Below, piece after piece: positions 1-10,075 of a DNA stretch of 38,586 bases. This stretch comes from Nemertoderma westbladi. Taxonomy: Eukaryota; Animalia; Xenacoelomorpha. Positions within the stretch are counted from its first letter, which is position 1, and each line of letters opens with the position of its first letter. A program made the position numbers and the translations under genes. The stretch covers positions 1 through 38,586 of the forward strand of contig JAUCBJ010000771.1 of NCBI GenBank assembly GCA_032718475.1, written 5' to 3'. The notes beneath the pieces were generated by a model that worked only from the letters and a program-made list of their open reading frames with translations, ran no database searches and was not told where the DNA came from.

Positions 1-45
1 CCGGTTTGGAAATCTACCCTAACGGCAGATTACTATGTAGGTGAG

Positions 46-804
46 TTGTCCACCCCCCAGGATAAATTAGGAGCACAAAGTATAAGGTCAGTAAAAATGG
101 TGGCTATAAAGAACTTCGCTACTACCCAAGCAGACCTTTATAACTGGGACGAGGACGAGTGCATCCAACATCTTGAGATACCTCGATTCCAAACCGATTA
201 TCCTGGAGTGCAAATACTCATCGGCCAAAACGCGCATGAGGCGCTCGAGCCATTAGAGAAACGGCCTGCTCAACCACAGCCACTACAAACCTATGCGGTA
301 AGAACTAGAGTAGGTTGGTACTTCACTGGCCCTTCCCGTAGAACTCTCAAAGAGAGATTACCTCAACAACAGGTATACCAAGTAAAGGAATGGGAAGTGG
401 AGAGCAGTGATGTGGACGATCCAACTGAGGGAACACCATACTCCTCAGATAATGACGATATTAACTCCAATGTAGATCAATGGAGACATTGCCTTGGGAC
501 GATTAATCCAGCCGACATCGCTTCCAGAGGAGCAACTCCTCAAGAACGGATAGATACTCCCGGCTGGTTAGGTGGACCCGACTCCCTAAGTAAAGAAGAA
601 GATGAATGGCCTCCTCATCTTACCACTGCGGAGATTAGACAGGTCAAGGGAGCGGAGGAAGTAACACGACAGCCTAATCGCCCAGCTGGTCGCTTAGGTT
701 TACTGGAAAGAGACCGAAAACGGTCCAGAAACCATGGAAGGCAAGATACTCTTCCTACGACCACTTCCCTAATTCGACAAAGATCTAGGGACTCCATAAC
801 GTAA
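46..804 (+). pseudogene. Internally deleted BEL/Pao LTR-retrotransposon pol remnant (protease-adjacent region, RNase H C-terminus, pol C-terminal motif)
   Basis: Motifs VQILIGQN...AVRTRVGWYFTGP (BEL protease-adjacent region), QWRHCLGTINPADIASRG...WLGGP (BEL RNase H end) and RPAGRLGLLE (RPxxKLxxL C-terminal motif). RT and integrase cores are absent. The element continues left of the window. Confidence 0.85.
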
Positions 805-822
805 TTATATATGGAGTGGGTG

Positions 823-1299
823 TGTGACTATATCATTTTATATTTGTTTTTATTTTATATTTATGTAAATGTTATTATGTACGTTATTATAATCGTTTTT
901 ATTTAATTTTATTTAGTAAAAGGTTATTTTTAGAATATTTAGTAAATTAGTGCAATATATTAGTGTTTATTACATAATTACTTATAATATATTTAGTGCG
1001 ACGGCAAGAAGTAATTATTTTCTCTTTCCTTACTGTCCGTATTATATTATAAATGCGAGACTATAGTAAGATGACATGTCAGTACTTCTTAAAGTACAAT
1101 AAAGCCACTACTATATTTAAGTATTATTGGTAGGCAGAGTATTAGGAATGCAAAGTTCAGATCCTCGTGTCTCGGCTAAACCAAGCTCTGGGTAGACCTT
1201 GGAAACGACTTGCCTCTTCACACTGACATTGCTTCGTGCGATATTGCTCTTCTACCTTATAACAAATAATACATATAGTAGCGTGATGTCCCTCTAACA
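823..1299 (+). mobile_element. 3' LTR of the BEL/Pao element
   Basis: Purine tract GGAGTGGG (813-820) follows the ORF stop, then TGT...TCTAACA termini, TATAAA at 1048 and AATAAA at 1098. The 5' LTR is outside the window, so the ends cannot be confirmed. Confidence 0.55.
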
Positions 1300-2068
1300 G
1301 TAGCGTCAATCGCAAATAAATCTGTTAAACTTTTGACCATCTGTAATTCTAGTCGATTAAGATATCGTGGCACCCACCGATATACTTGAAAGACAAATTC
1401 TAGAATCAGTGGTTAACGTCCCCAGACAAGTTCTGGAATAAAATTTGTGTCAATTTTAACATCAAATAATAAAATTCACGGGAATAAATTAAATTCATAT
1501 TTAAATGAATTTCATAAATTGTCATTTTGTACAATTTATAACATTCCCAAAATTCCAGTAATTAATAGATCATGGGAGCGGAGATTCATATTGAGTGTAC
1601 TAGAGTGTGAGAATCTCCAACATATAGTCAATAGCCGATAAAATTTATAAAATCATGCATAAAGAGGATATTGACAATTAAAGAATTACTATTAAATAAC
1701 ATCCCAGATCTGTATACATGAGAATTGCCCTAATTCTACCGCTAGTTTTCCATAATGTCACCATGGCAACACCCACGCTAGAATTAGAAGCAAGTTAAAG
1801 GAACAATAAAAGCTTGTCCCATTGCGTAACATAAGAGTATACATAGCGCACTATTAGTATCCAAGGATACATAGTAATAACGTGACATTCTGGAAGACAC
1901 TGACTAACGGACAAATGGCATGCATGTGTGCAGTAAGTAATGATTGTATGGAATTTGTGCGTTTATAGGTGAATGTTACTACTAAAGTGTGTTTACAGTA
2001 GCTAATCGCAATTGTAAAATAGCCTTAACTCTACCGAGATAACCTCAAGTGGATTCAAGCTTTTGGGA

Positions 2069-2211
2069 CGGACAGTGGTGGGACTTGTGCCGGTTATCGT
2101 TGTCGTGCTATTGCTACATGTTGGCGTAAACACTGCGACAGCGGTACATCGGCGCTGAGAAACCCACTGTCCGGGGGCAAAGCCTAGTAGGCAGCCACGC
2201 CCGCTTGCCTA
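2069..2211 (+). other. Predicted structured RNA: long multi-stem hairpin plus two small hairpins
   Basis: Nested stems 2069-2078/2164-2173, 2087-2093/2149-2155 and 2095-2106/2135-2146, with five G-U pairs on the + strand. Additional hairpins GGC-AAA-GCC and 2188-2193/2206-2211. Confidence 0.55.
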
Positions 2212-2220
2212 AAATATTAA

Positions 2221-3703
2221 CTCATCTTGATATTAATAAACTCAGATAACAGATATGACGGAATTGATAGAAGATGACCTTGGTATCAGGGAGCGATATA
2301 CTCTACCTTTACAAGCGTTGTGGATAGCTTGATACGCGGTGAAGCCGATCCGACTATTACGGAGGACGATGGTCGTTATATCGAACCGCCGATGTCCCAG
2401 GAACAACTTACGCGTGAAGCGGACTATAGAAAATTCACCGCTCGCTATACGCATCGTAATGGTACGTATATGGACTTCTTAACTACCGGCCATCCTATCG
2501 ATTTACATGATACGGACGATGTATACACCGAAAGGGAAATGGTTCTATTTAAATATCATACCCAGCGGAGTCGTAACGATAAACCGAGAATAGATCACGA
2601 AAATTATATTCGTAACAGACTGGGAAGACGAACCAATATGCCTAGAAGCTGAGGAGATTCAGCCTATCGCGCCCGGAACAACGACAACGATTACCTCCTA
2701 GAATGGTATCAAGGTCCACAGTGTCTCACTGCGTACGATTATCGCCATGCCAACTATGTTTCTCGGCAACGTTGTCGGTTATGCGCATCGAGAGACCATG
2801 TTACGCCCATGGACACAAACGTCCGCTGTTCCTATTTCCACGAACAACCGTCGATGGAAATCTATTGTGCATATTGACGGCTTAATAATTTGCACATTTT
2901 TTGCTGTCTGCCCCCAATTTATGACTCAATGCCATCATTGTCAATTAAAAGGACACGCCAGCTTTGATTGCCCCTTCAACCATGATTTAGAGAGCGTAGA
3001 TGAAATGATTGTACTACGTTATATCAGAGCTTGGGAAGCGAACGCTGATTTACATTGTGATTCACGCCATCGCTATTATCCTGGACGCGCCTACGAAGGA
3101 GTTTATGCGTTCCATCCATATTTGTTTGCCTCCGTCGAGCAGAAATCGCGCCTATCAAGTTATGAACTATTAAAGCGCGTTGGAGAATGTATTTCAACCA
3201 AATATGTACGCAAATTCCTCAGGAGCATTAATCCGAGTGACATCCATTCTTACAACTTAATAAACTTTATCCGTCAAGACCCTGCCTATGGAGACTTATT
3301 CGTCAACTCACACCCTGAGTTACAAGAAGTATATCGACGGCCTTACGAGTACCGAGCCCGCGAACGCGAGTTGGAAAGAACCATTAAACCAAGGAAGTTT
3401 CTAACTACCTATGGTCCACCCACGGCCCTCGTGCAGACCACTCGTACAGGACCCGTAAGAGCGGCTGTCTTGAAACGAGCTCTCAAAGCCGTTAGACCCC
3501 TCTCCCCGGACGTTGAGGTCAATCAACCCGGTACTTCGACCGGCGGATATACCGATCGCAATCCCATACCTTCTGATGCAATCATATTGCACCCTTCACC
3601 CAGGAGTTATAGCCCTCCTAGTAAAGTGGCTCGCCCCAAAGAGAAAAGGACTCTTGCTAGCTTCAAAAAACTGCGTAAACGCCATCCGCGCAAGAAAGAC
3701 TAA
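2221..3703 (+). pseudogene. Disrupted ORF for a triple CCHC zinc-knuckle protein with a basic C-terminal tail, probably from a mobile element
   Basis: Frame 1 from 2221 to about 2897 is interrupted only by TGA at 2275, 2650 and 2875. Removing one T from the T6 run (2897-2902) joins it to ORF 2747-3703, giving CRLCASRDH..C, CAY*RLNNLHIFAVC and CHHCQLKGHASFDC. The C-terminus is KKLRKRHPRKKD. Confidence 0.6.
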
Positions 3704-3781
3704 CTGTTTAGAGTATTTTTGTATTTTAGAAACTGTGATTTTGTATATTTTATAGACTTAAATCCCATTTTCTGGGAGCGG

Positions 3782-3908
3782 TGTAAAAGCTTTTGTGGGA
3801 TAACTGATACGTTCGCCTATGCTGGCCAGTTCCCCCCAGGCGCTAGAATACTCTAAAAAAGGTTTTCTAACTGTATATATATTCCCCTCGCCCGCAAGGT
3901 ACCTTTAC
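3782..3908 (+). mobile_element. Possible short 3' LTR preceded by a polypurine tract
   Basis: GGGAGCGG (3774-3781), then TGTAAA...TTTACA (6-bp inverted termini) with an internal TATATATA. No second copy was found in the window. Confidence 0.4.
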
Positions 3909-4072
3909 AGGTGTTTTAACGGACATAAAAATCATTCTGCTATATACGTGTTTTAGCGGACATGGTAAGACAAAAAACTTGTAATGCATCAACCACCTTT
4001 CACAGTTTAGCCGTGATGATTCATATTACGACATCTAGCAGCTGGTTGCTGACATGGAAACAGCCATTGGCC

Positions 4073-4108
4073 GCGTGGTTCTTTGTTTGGCTTGGGCCAA
4101 TCAGGGCG
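4073..4108. promoter_or_regulatory. CCAAT/GC-box promoter-like cluster
   Basis: ATTGG, then GGCCAATCAGGGCGG, in a local GC-rich patch about 1.4 kb upstream of L2 ORF1. The target transcript is unknown. Confidence 0.3.
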
Positions 4109-5480
4109 GTTTTTCCTGTCGACGTGTAGCTTTTCTGCCGATCATAAGGAGAGTGTTCAGTCTTACTGTTTTTTCTTGTTACTTTGTTGTTATTGCTGTC
4201 TAAGCCAGAAACACCGGCATTTTTGGATAGATACTGCTGTACCGTAAACTGCTTGAATTATCGAAAGTATAAACTGTTACCTAATCTAACGAAACGAACT
4301 CACTGACTTAAATCACTCATCTCACCTTGATACTTCTAACTCATTAATCATATTGTTTGTACTGTTATTTTACCGTCAGTTATTAATTGTAAATATTTGT
4401 TGATGGAAATATCGCTATTTGGATAATACGGATAAATCACCCAATTCCCAATTTTCTTGATAACACTACAGGTTAGAGAGACCGGCTATACATAACAATT
4501 GCGATTTATATTAATGTGGTGTGTATTGAATCCAATGTTATTTAGCAGACCCTACGTGAGTCAATTACTGCTCTCTTTATGTGTGATCAAATGTACTGAC
4601 TGTCGGCAGAATAGTGTGTATGATTGTGATTGGTAACAAAGTATTTCCTAAAGAATACGTTTTATACTTTAATAATAAGCAGTATCGTTGCGTTTAGTAT
4701 AAGTCCTAGTTCTGTTTAAATAGATAAAGCGCCACGTCCTAAAGGAACTGTTAATATTTCCCGAAAGCCAATAATACCTGTCAGAGATTAATTAATAACG
4801 ATCTATCGAATAATACAGTAAGTTTACACTGCAACCTTACACTGTAATAATACAATTCAAGCATCCGAATTCAGTCTCCCGGGTGTAGATCCATCGGGTG
4901 AATGATCGCGCATGGGCTGATTTCGGCTAATGTTTTGCGTATTAGCATAAATTATTGTCGTATGCTAAAGTGGTTTTAATTAACTAAAAGACATATAAAA
5001 TTTGGCAGGTTAAACTGCTAAAGGTCTTCAAAAGCGCGAACACACCTTTATACTCTTTGACCTCTAGCGGCAAACTGTAGAACTGTACACTGCACAGTTT
5101 CTACACGAAGATTCGGCTTGTGGTTTAAAATATACTGTGTAATCCAAGTTTAATCTTGAACGGATCAAAAACAAAATAGGAAAACGTTGAATTTGCACAC
5201 ATTTTCTACATACAGTACTACAGTCATTGTACACGGTAACCTCAACAATACTCAATAGGCCTATCACAACGGGGGCTTAGATTGACAAAAAAACAAGACT
5301 ATACTGTAGTTTTTATCGTTTTTTTTTTAACAATAGACAAATATTGTTTACTTGTACCAAATACTATTGGGGAAGTAGGCCTACAGATTACTGATTATAT
5401 TGATTTTAATTATAAATTATTTGTTGTTGGACTGCTGGGTCTATCTGAGTTACACGACTGCAATTCCGGTCACTGATATT

Positions 5481-6740
5481 ATGTCCTCTAAGCGAACCAG
5501 CACCTATGGCGCCGAAGCTGAGCCAACGACTGCCAGTTTTCGTCGAAAGAGTATCAACGCAAATGGATGCAAATCGGTTGGACTTGGAACTGACAAAACC
5601 AAACAGAAAGGCCAAATGGACAAACATTCAACCAGTATAATAGGCCTCAAGGGGTCGGCTGAAATCCCAGCTGGAGTCGGTACGAATCGTCCTGACGGCT
5701 ACGAAGAGTTCGAGATTGAATGTTCGGGAAAAAACTGCACAATCTCCATGATCTGCATTACGACTCGCGGCACTGACTTCGGTAAAGTCGACTTTTACTG
5801 CGGGAAGTGTGCTAGAAGCCAACTAAATAGTATCTCACAAGCCTTAATCGAGAGTGAATTACGACTGGACGAGAAAATAAAATCACATAGCCACCTACTC
5901 AAACAGTTAAATGAAACCATGGTGAAGCACGAATCGAAAATGGAGTTACTTCGGTCAGAACTGAAGGATCATGTGGACACTACAGAAGCATCAACTACTG
6001 CCCTTGAACAGGATGTCGACCGACTACGGGAGACCAACCAAGTAGTAGATATGCCTGTGACACCGCATATGGACGATGACGTTATCGCCGAGGATATCGC
6101 CAGTCAATGGCAGACTGCAGGTCCGGGGAACCGTAACCGCCGTTGGAATCGTAATAATATCCCACAAGCGAACCCGTCGAATATGGCCCTCCTCGCCCGT
6201 CAACTGAAGGATGAGGAAAGCGAGCATAGCAAACGAAAGAACAACCTTGTTGTGAAAGGACATACAGCAAATGATAATGTAACTCAACTAATCATTAACA
6301 TTGCATTTTTCCTCAACGTCGACTTAGCTGAAGCCGAAATAACTACGAAAAACATTAGAAGAAATGAAGATGGAAATTCGCCACCAATAGTAATCGTAAC
6401 TCTACCTGCAGTGAAAAAGTCGATGATTTTGAGGAAGGCGCGTGAACTACGACAATCTGAGAATTACAGCCATATATATATATCTCAAGATTATACACCA
6501 GCGGAAAGCAAGCTCCAATATGAGCTCAGTGAAAAACGGCGTGCACTGATCACACAACAACCTGATAAGCAGTGGATAATCTACCGAGGCCAAGTCAAAG
6601 ATGCGGCTACGATCAAACAAGCCACTCGAGGACAACCTACACCACTTTCACCTAACGATCAAACACAATCGTCTCGCGTATTATACAGATCTCCCCCATC
6701 AACCCAACCAACAGTCGATCTAACTCAGTCCCTGGATTGA
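5481..6740 (+). CDS. LINE ORF1 protein (degenerate PHD-like Cys cluster, coiled coil, RRM-like and C-terminal domains)
   Basis: First ATG at 5481. Motifs CSGKNC...FYCGKC, a heptad region, KRKNNLVVKG and IYISQDYTPAE, typical of CR1/L2 ORF1. Confidence 0.85.
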   Translation: MSSKRTSTYGAEAEPTTASFRRKSINANGCKSVGLGTDKTKQKGQMDKHSTSIIGLKGSAEIPAGVGTNRPDGYEEFEIECSGKNCTISMICITTRGTDFGKVDFYCGKCARSQLNSISQALIESELRLDEKIKSHSHLLKQLNETMVKHESKMELLRSELKDHVDTTEASTTALEQDVDRLRETNQVVDMPVTPHMDDDVIAEDIASQWQTAGPGNRNRRWNRNNIPQANPSNMALLARQLKDEESEHSKRKNNLVVKGHTANDNVTQLIINIAFFLNVDLAEAEITTKNIRRNEDGNSPPIVIVTLPAVKKSMILRKARELRQSENYSHIYISQDYTPAESKLQYELSEKRRALITQQPDKQWIIYRGQVKDAATIKQATRGQPTPLSPNDQTQSSRVLYRSPPSTQPTVDLTQSLD

Positions 6741-9700
6741 CTTCGTGTATTTTCTTCACCTGTTGCTGTGAGCTCGACGAACTCTGCTGTCTCACATTCA
6801 GATATTGCTCACTTGACTGCTCGAAGCTCAAGAGTCTCAGATTTGGTTGACTCCGGCAACATTAATGACCAAGTAGCTACTGCTCAAGCAACCGACTGCA
6901 ACGGTGATCAGCATATACAACCTCAAAGCCCATGTGACCAACATCGAGCAATATCATTCAGCAATGTCAATGCACGTTCCATACGCAACAAAATCCCAAA
7001 CATCATGGACTACGTCATCACTAAACGTATCAACATATGTGCAGTTACAGAGACTTGGCTAAGTAGTGACGATGATGCAGTTCGGGCACTTTGTCAAATC
7101 GCCGGATATTCTCTATTCGATTCACCCAGGCGAACTGGCAGGGGTGGCGGGACAGGGATAATTGCAGCACATCCATTCCACGCTAAACTCAGTCAAGACG
7201 GTGTGTTTGATTCTTTTGAATACTCAACATGGAAAATCTACAACGTAAAGAAACGAATATTTATTATTGTAATAATTTATCGATGCCCATATTCTACTAA
7301 CCACCCTGTAACAGTTCAACAGTTTATCATTGATTTCCCTGTATTCATCGAACCTCTACTCACAATTAAGCAGAAAATAATTATAACTGGCGACTTCAAT
7401 ATCCATATAAATGATGCTAATGACAACTACACTGCGAAATTCCTGGATCAAATAGCTGGAATTGGCCTCACCCAACATTTCACGGTTCCGACTCATATAT
7501 CAGGAAATACCATTGACTTAATCATCACACGGAACAATAATGAGCTACTAATCAGTAAACCATCCATAGGCGAGCAATTATCTGATCATTACTTTGTGAA
7601 TGCTCTCATCAAACACCCATTCTCTCTACCGACAATTAAAACAGTGACCTCTCGCAACCTTAAGGATATAAATCTGGAAAAGTTTCGGATGGACATACAA
7701 CAGTCGGCATTATGTAAACAACACATCTACTCAACGCTCAATGTGGAATCCTCGGTGACTATGTACAATGATGAACTAACATCTATCATTGACCAACACG
7801 CACCATTAACCACCAGAAATATAAAAGTTCGCAACTCAAACCCCTGGTACAACGGCGCGCTCAGCGAATTAAAGCGAAAACGACGACAGGCAGAAAGAAA
7901 ATGGAGACTGACTCGGCTGCCGCTCGACGCTGCTTACCTAGCTGCTGCTCGTGATCGTTACAGCCACGCCATAGCGAACGCCCAGAAAAAGTTCTACACC
8001 GATAAAATCATTGCATGCGGCAAAGATCAGAAACAACTTTTCACATTCATAAAAACACTCACTATACCAACTGCAGAGCAAGAACTTCCTGCCCCTCACA
8101 GCTCACTCTCACTTCCTGATTCTTTTGGTGATTTCTTTGTTAACAAAATTGAAAAGATTCGTGATGAACTATCAGTGATCCGAACTGAAATTAACAATGT
8201 ACCGGTGTCATATAATGACGATGATGTTCCTCTGGCTACAGCTGAATTCTCATGTTTTTCTCCGTGTACTGAAGAAGCTGTAAACAAACTGATTATGAAT
8301 GCGCCCAACAAACAGTGCCCTCTTCATCCCATCCCGACTTTCATCTTAAAGCAAGTAATAACTGAACTGTTGCCTTTGATTACCAACATTGTAAACAAAT
8401 CAATAACAACAGGAAGTTTTCCTGAACAATGGCGTGAAGCAATAATTACAGCAGCCCTAAAGAATGTGAAACTCGAGTCCATAATATTCCAGAATTTTCG
8501 ACCAGTCAGTGGATTGGCTTTTTTATCGAAACTCACTGAACGCGCAGCTATATCTCAGCTAATGCCGCACATCAAGCCTCTGTTTCCCATCAACCAATCA
8601 GCGTACATGCAGAACCACAGCACAGAAACGACCCTTCTCCGTGTGCATTCAGATATTTTAATGGCCATGGACGACCAACGAGTAACACTTTTAGTTTTCC
8701 TAGATTTGAGTGCTGCTTTTGATACTGTTGATCGCAAAACTCTTCTCGACGTACTACGAACGAAAATGAATATAACCGATGTGGCTCACCAGTGGTTCAC
8801 AGAATATCTTACAAATAGAACTCAGCGTGTGATAATCAAAGGATGCTGCTCAAAATCACTATGTGTCCGCCATGGGTTTCCCCAGGGCTCGTGCCTTGGC
8901 TGCATATTGTTTATAATATACGTAACGGCAATATACCAGATAATCGAACGCCATCTACCGGACGTCCAAGGTTACGCCGATGATAACCAACTATATCTTT
9001 CTTTTAAACCTGACAGTGAATCGAACGAGAACGGAGCGGTAAAAGCTATGGAACTGTGCATTGATGAACTTCGCAATTGGTTCATAAACAACTGGCTAAA
9101 AATAAATGATACCAAAACGGAATTTCTAATTATCGGTACTTATCAGCAACTATCGAAAGTAAATACATCATCAATTACAGTTGGCGGCCACACAATAAAT
9201 AAAACTGACAACGTTCGCAACCTTGGCGCTTATTTTGATAGTACAATGTCTATGAACACCTTTGTCACCAAAACGTGTAGCAGTGCATTCTATCACCTGA
9301 GAAATATACAGCGAATTCGACCGTTTTTAAACAAGGCAACTACCGAGTCACTGATACACGCGTTTATATCGTCCAAACTAGACTATTGTAATGCACTTTA
9401 TTACGGAATTCCGGACTATCAAATAGCGCGTCTACAACGGGTTCAAAACGCGGCCGCTCGTTTGGTTTCGGGTGTTCGAAAGTTTGAACACATAACGCCC
9501 ACGCTGAAAGCACTGCATTGGCTGCCAGTAAAGAAACGGATTGAATATAAAATAATACTCATTGTTTTTAAATCCGTCCACAACAAAGCGCCGAAATACA
9601 TCGATGAACTCATCAGCGTCTACCGCTCACCATACCATAGTCGATCTAGTGATGCGCTTGTACTCCGTGTTCCGCCGCACAAACACGCCACACTCGGCCG

Positions 9701-9830
9701 TCGCGCCTTTGCAGTGTCCGGCCCAACCCTGTGGAACCAGCTACCGCGGCACATTCGCCTCACTCCAACAATAGATGAATTTAAATCACTGCTAAAAACG
9801 CACCTATTTAAGACAAGTTATTTTTATTAG
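6741..9830 (+). CDS. LINE ORF2: AP-endonuclease plus reverse transcriptase
   Basis: Endonuclease motifs NARS, VTETWL, GDFN, THISGNTIDL and SDH. RT motifs FRPVS, LDLSAAFDTV, PQGS and YADD. L2-type C-terminus LQRVQNAAARL...HITPTLKALHWLPV. The frame is open from the ORF1 stop; the first ATG is only at 7005. Confidence 0.95.
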   Translation, partial: LRVFSSPVAVSSTNSAVSHSDIAHLTARSSRVSDLVDSGNINDQVATAQATDCNGDQHIQPQSPCDQHRAISFSNVNARSIRNKIPNIMDYVITKRINICAVTETWLSSDDDAVRALCQIAGYSLFDSPRRTGRGGGTGIIAAHPFHAKLSQDGVFDSFEYSTWKIYNVKKRIFIIVIIYRCPYSTNHPVTVQQFIIDFPVFIEPLLTIKQKIIITGDFNIHINDANDNYTAKFLDQIAGIGLTQHFTVPTHISGNTIDLIITRNNNELLISKPSIGEQLSDHYFVNALIKHPFSLPTIKTVTSRNLKDINLEKFRMDIQQSALCKQHIYSTLNVESSVTMYNDELTSIIDQHAPLTTRNIKVRNSNPWYNGALSELKRKRRQAERKWRLTRLPLDAAYLAAARDRYSHAIANAQKKFYTDKIIACGKDQKQLFTFIKTLTIPTAEQELPAPHSSLSLPDSFGDFFVNKIEKIRDELSVIRTEINNVPVSYNDDDVPLATAEFSCFSPCTEEAVNKLIMNAPNKQCPLHPIPTFILKQVITELLPLITNIVNKSITTGSFPEQWREAIITAALKNVKLESIIFQNFRPVSGLAFLSKLTERAAISQLMPHIKPLFPINQSAYMQNHSTETTLLRVHSDILMAMDDQRVTLLVFLDLSAAFDTVDRKTLLDVLRTKMNITDVAHQWFTEYLTNRTQRVIIKGCCSKSLCVRHGFPQGSCLGCILFIIYVTAIYQIIERHLPDVQGYADDNQLYLSFKPDSESNENGAVKAMELCIDELRNWFINNWLKINDTKTEFLIIGTYQQLSKVNTSSITVGGHTINKTDNVRNLGAYFDSTMSMNTFVTKTCSSAFYHLRNIQRIRPFLNKATTESLIHAFISSKLDYCNALYYGIPDYQIARLQRVQNAAARLVSGVRKFEHITPTLKALHWLPVKKRIEYKIILIVFKSVHNKAPKYIDELISVYRSPYHSRSSDALVLRVPPHKHATLGRRAFAVSGPTLWNQLPRHIRLTPTIDEFKSLLKTHLFKTSYFY

Positions 9831-9849
9831 TTCATTTTTTCATATTTTT

Positions 9850-10075
9850 CGTTTTAACATCGCCATTTGTTTTAACCCCGCCAACATTCGTTTTAACTCA
9901 TCTTTATTTGTTTTAACCCCGCCAGCGTCGTTTTAACTCATCCTTCATTTGTTTTTCAACGCCAGCATTAGTTATAAACTCGTACGTCATTTGTTTATAG
10001 AACTCGTCGGCGTTTGTTTTAACTTGTCCTTCAATTGTTTCAACTCGGCCAACAACCCATTGTTTGTTTTAACTC
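9850..10075 (+). repeat. Degenerate ~20-bp GTTTTAAC repeats in the L2 3' UTR
   Basis: About ten copies of a GTTTTAAC/GTTTCAAC core at roughly 20-bp spacing. Confidence 0.7.

Noticed and set aside
1368-1380. Primer-binding site TGGCACCCACCG
   Set aside because: It is not adjacent to the inferred LTR end and only loosely resembles a tRNA 3' complement.
4858-4945. HDV-like ribozyme upstream of the L2 element (TCCCG...GGCTAA)
   Set aside because: P1, P2 and P3 pairings could not be built consistently.
5406-9774. Short ORFs overlapping the L2 ORFs in other frames or antisense
   Set aside because: They are shadow ORFs of real coding sequence, with no motifs of their own.
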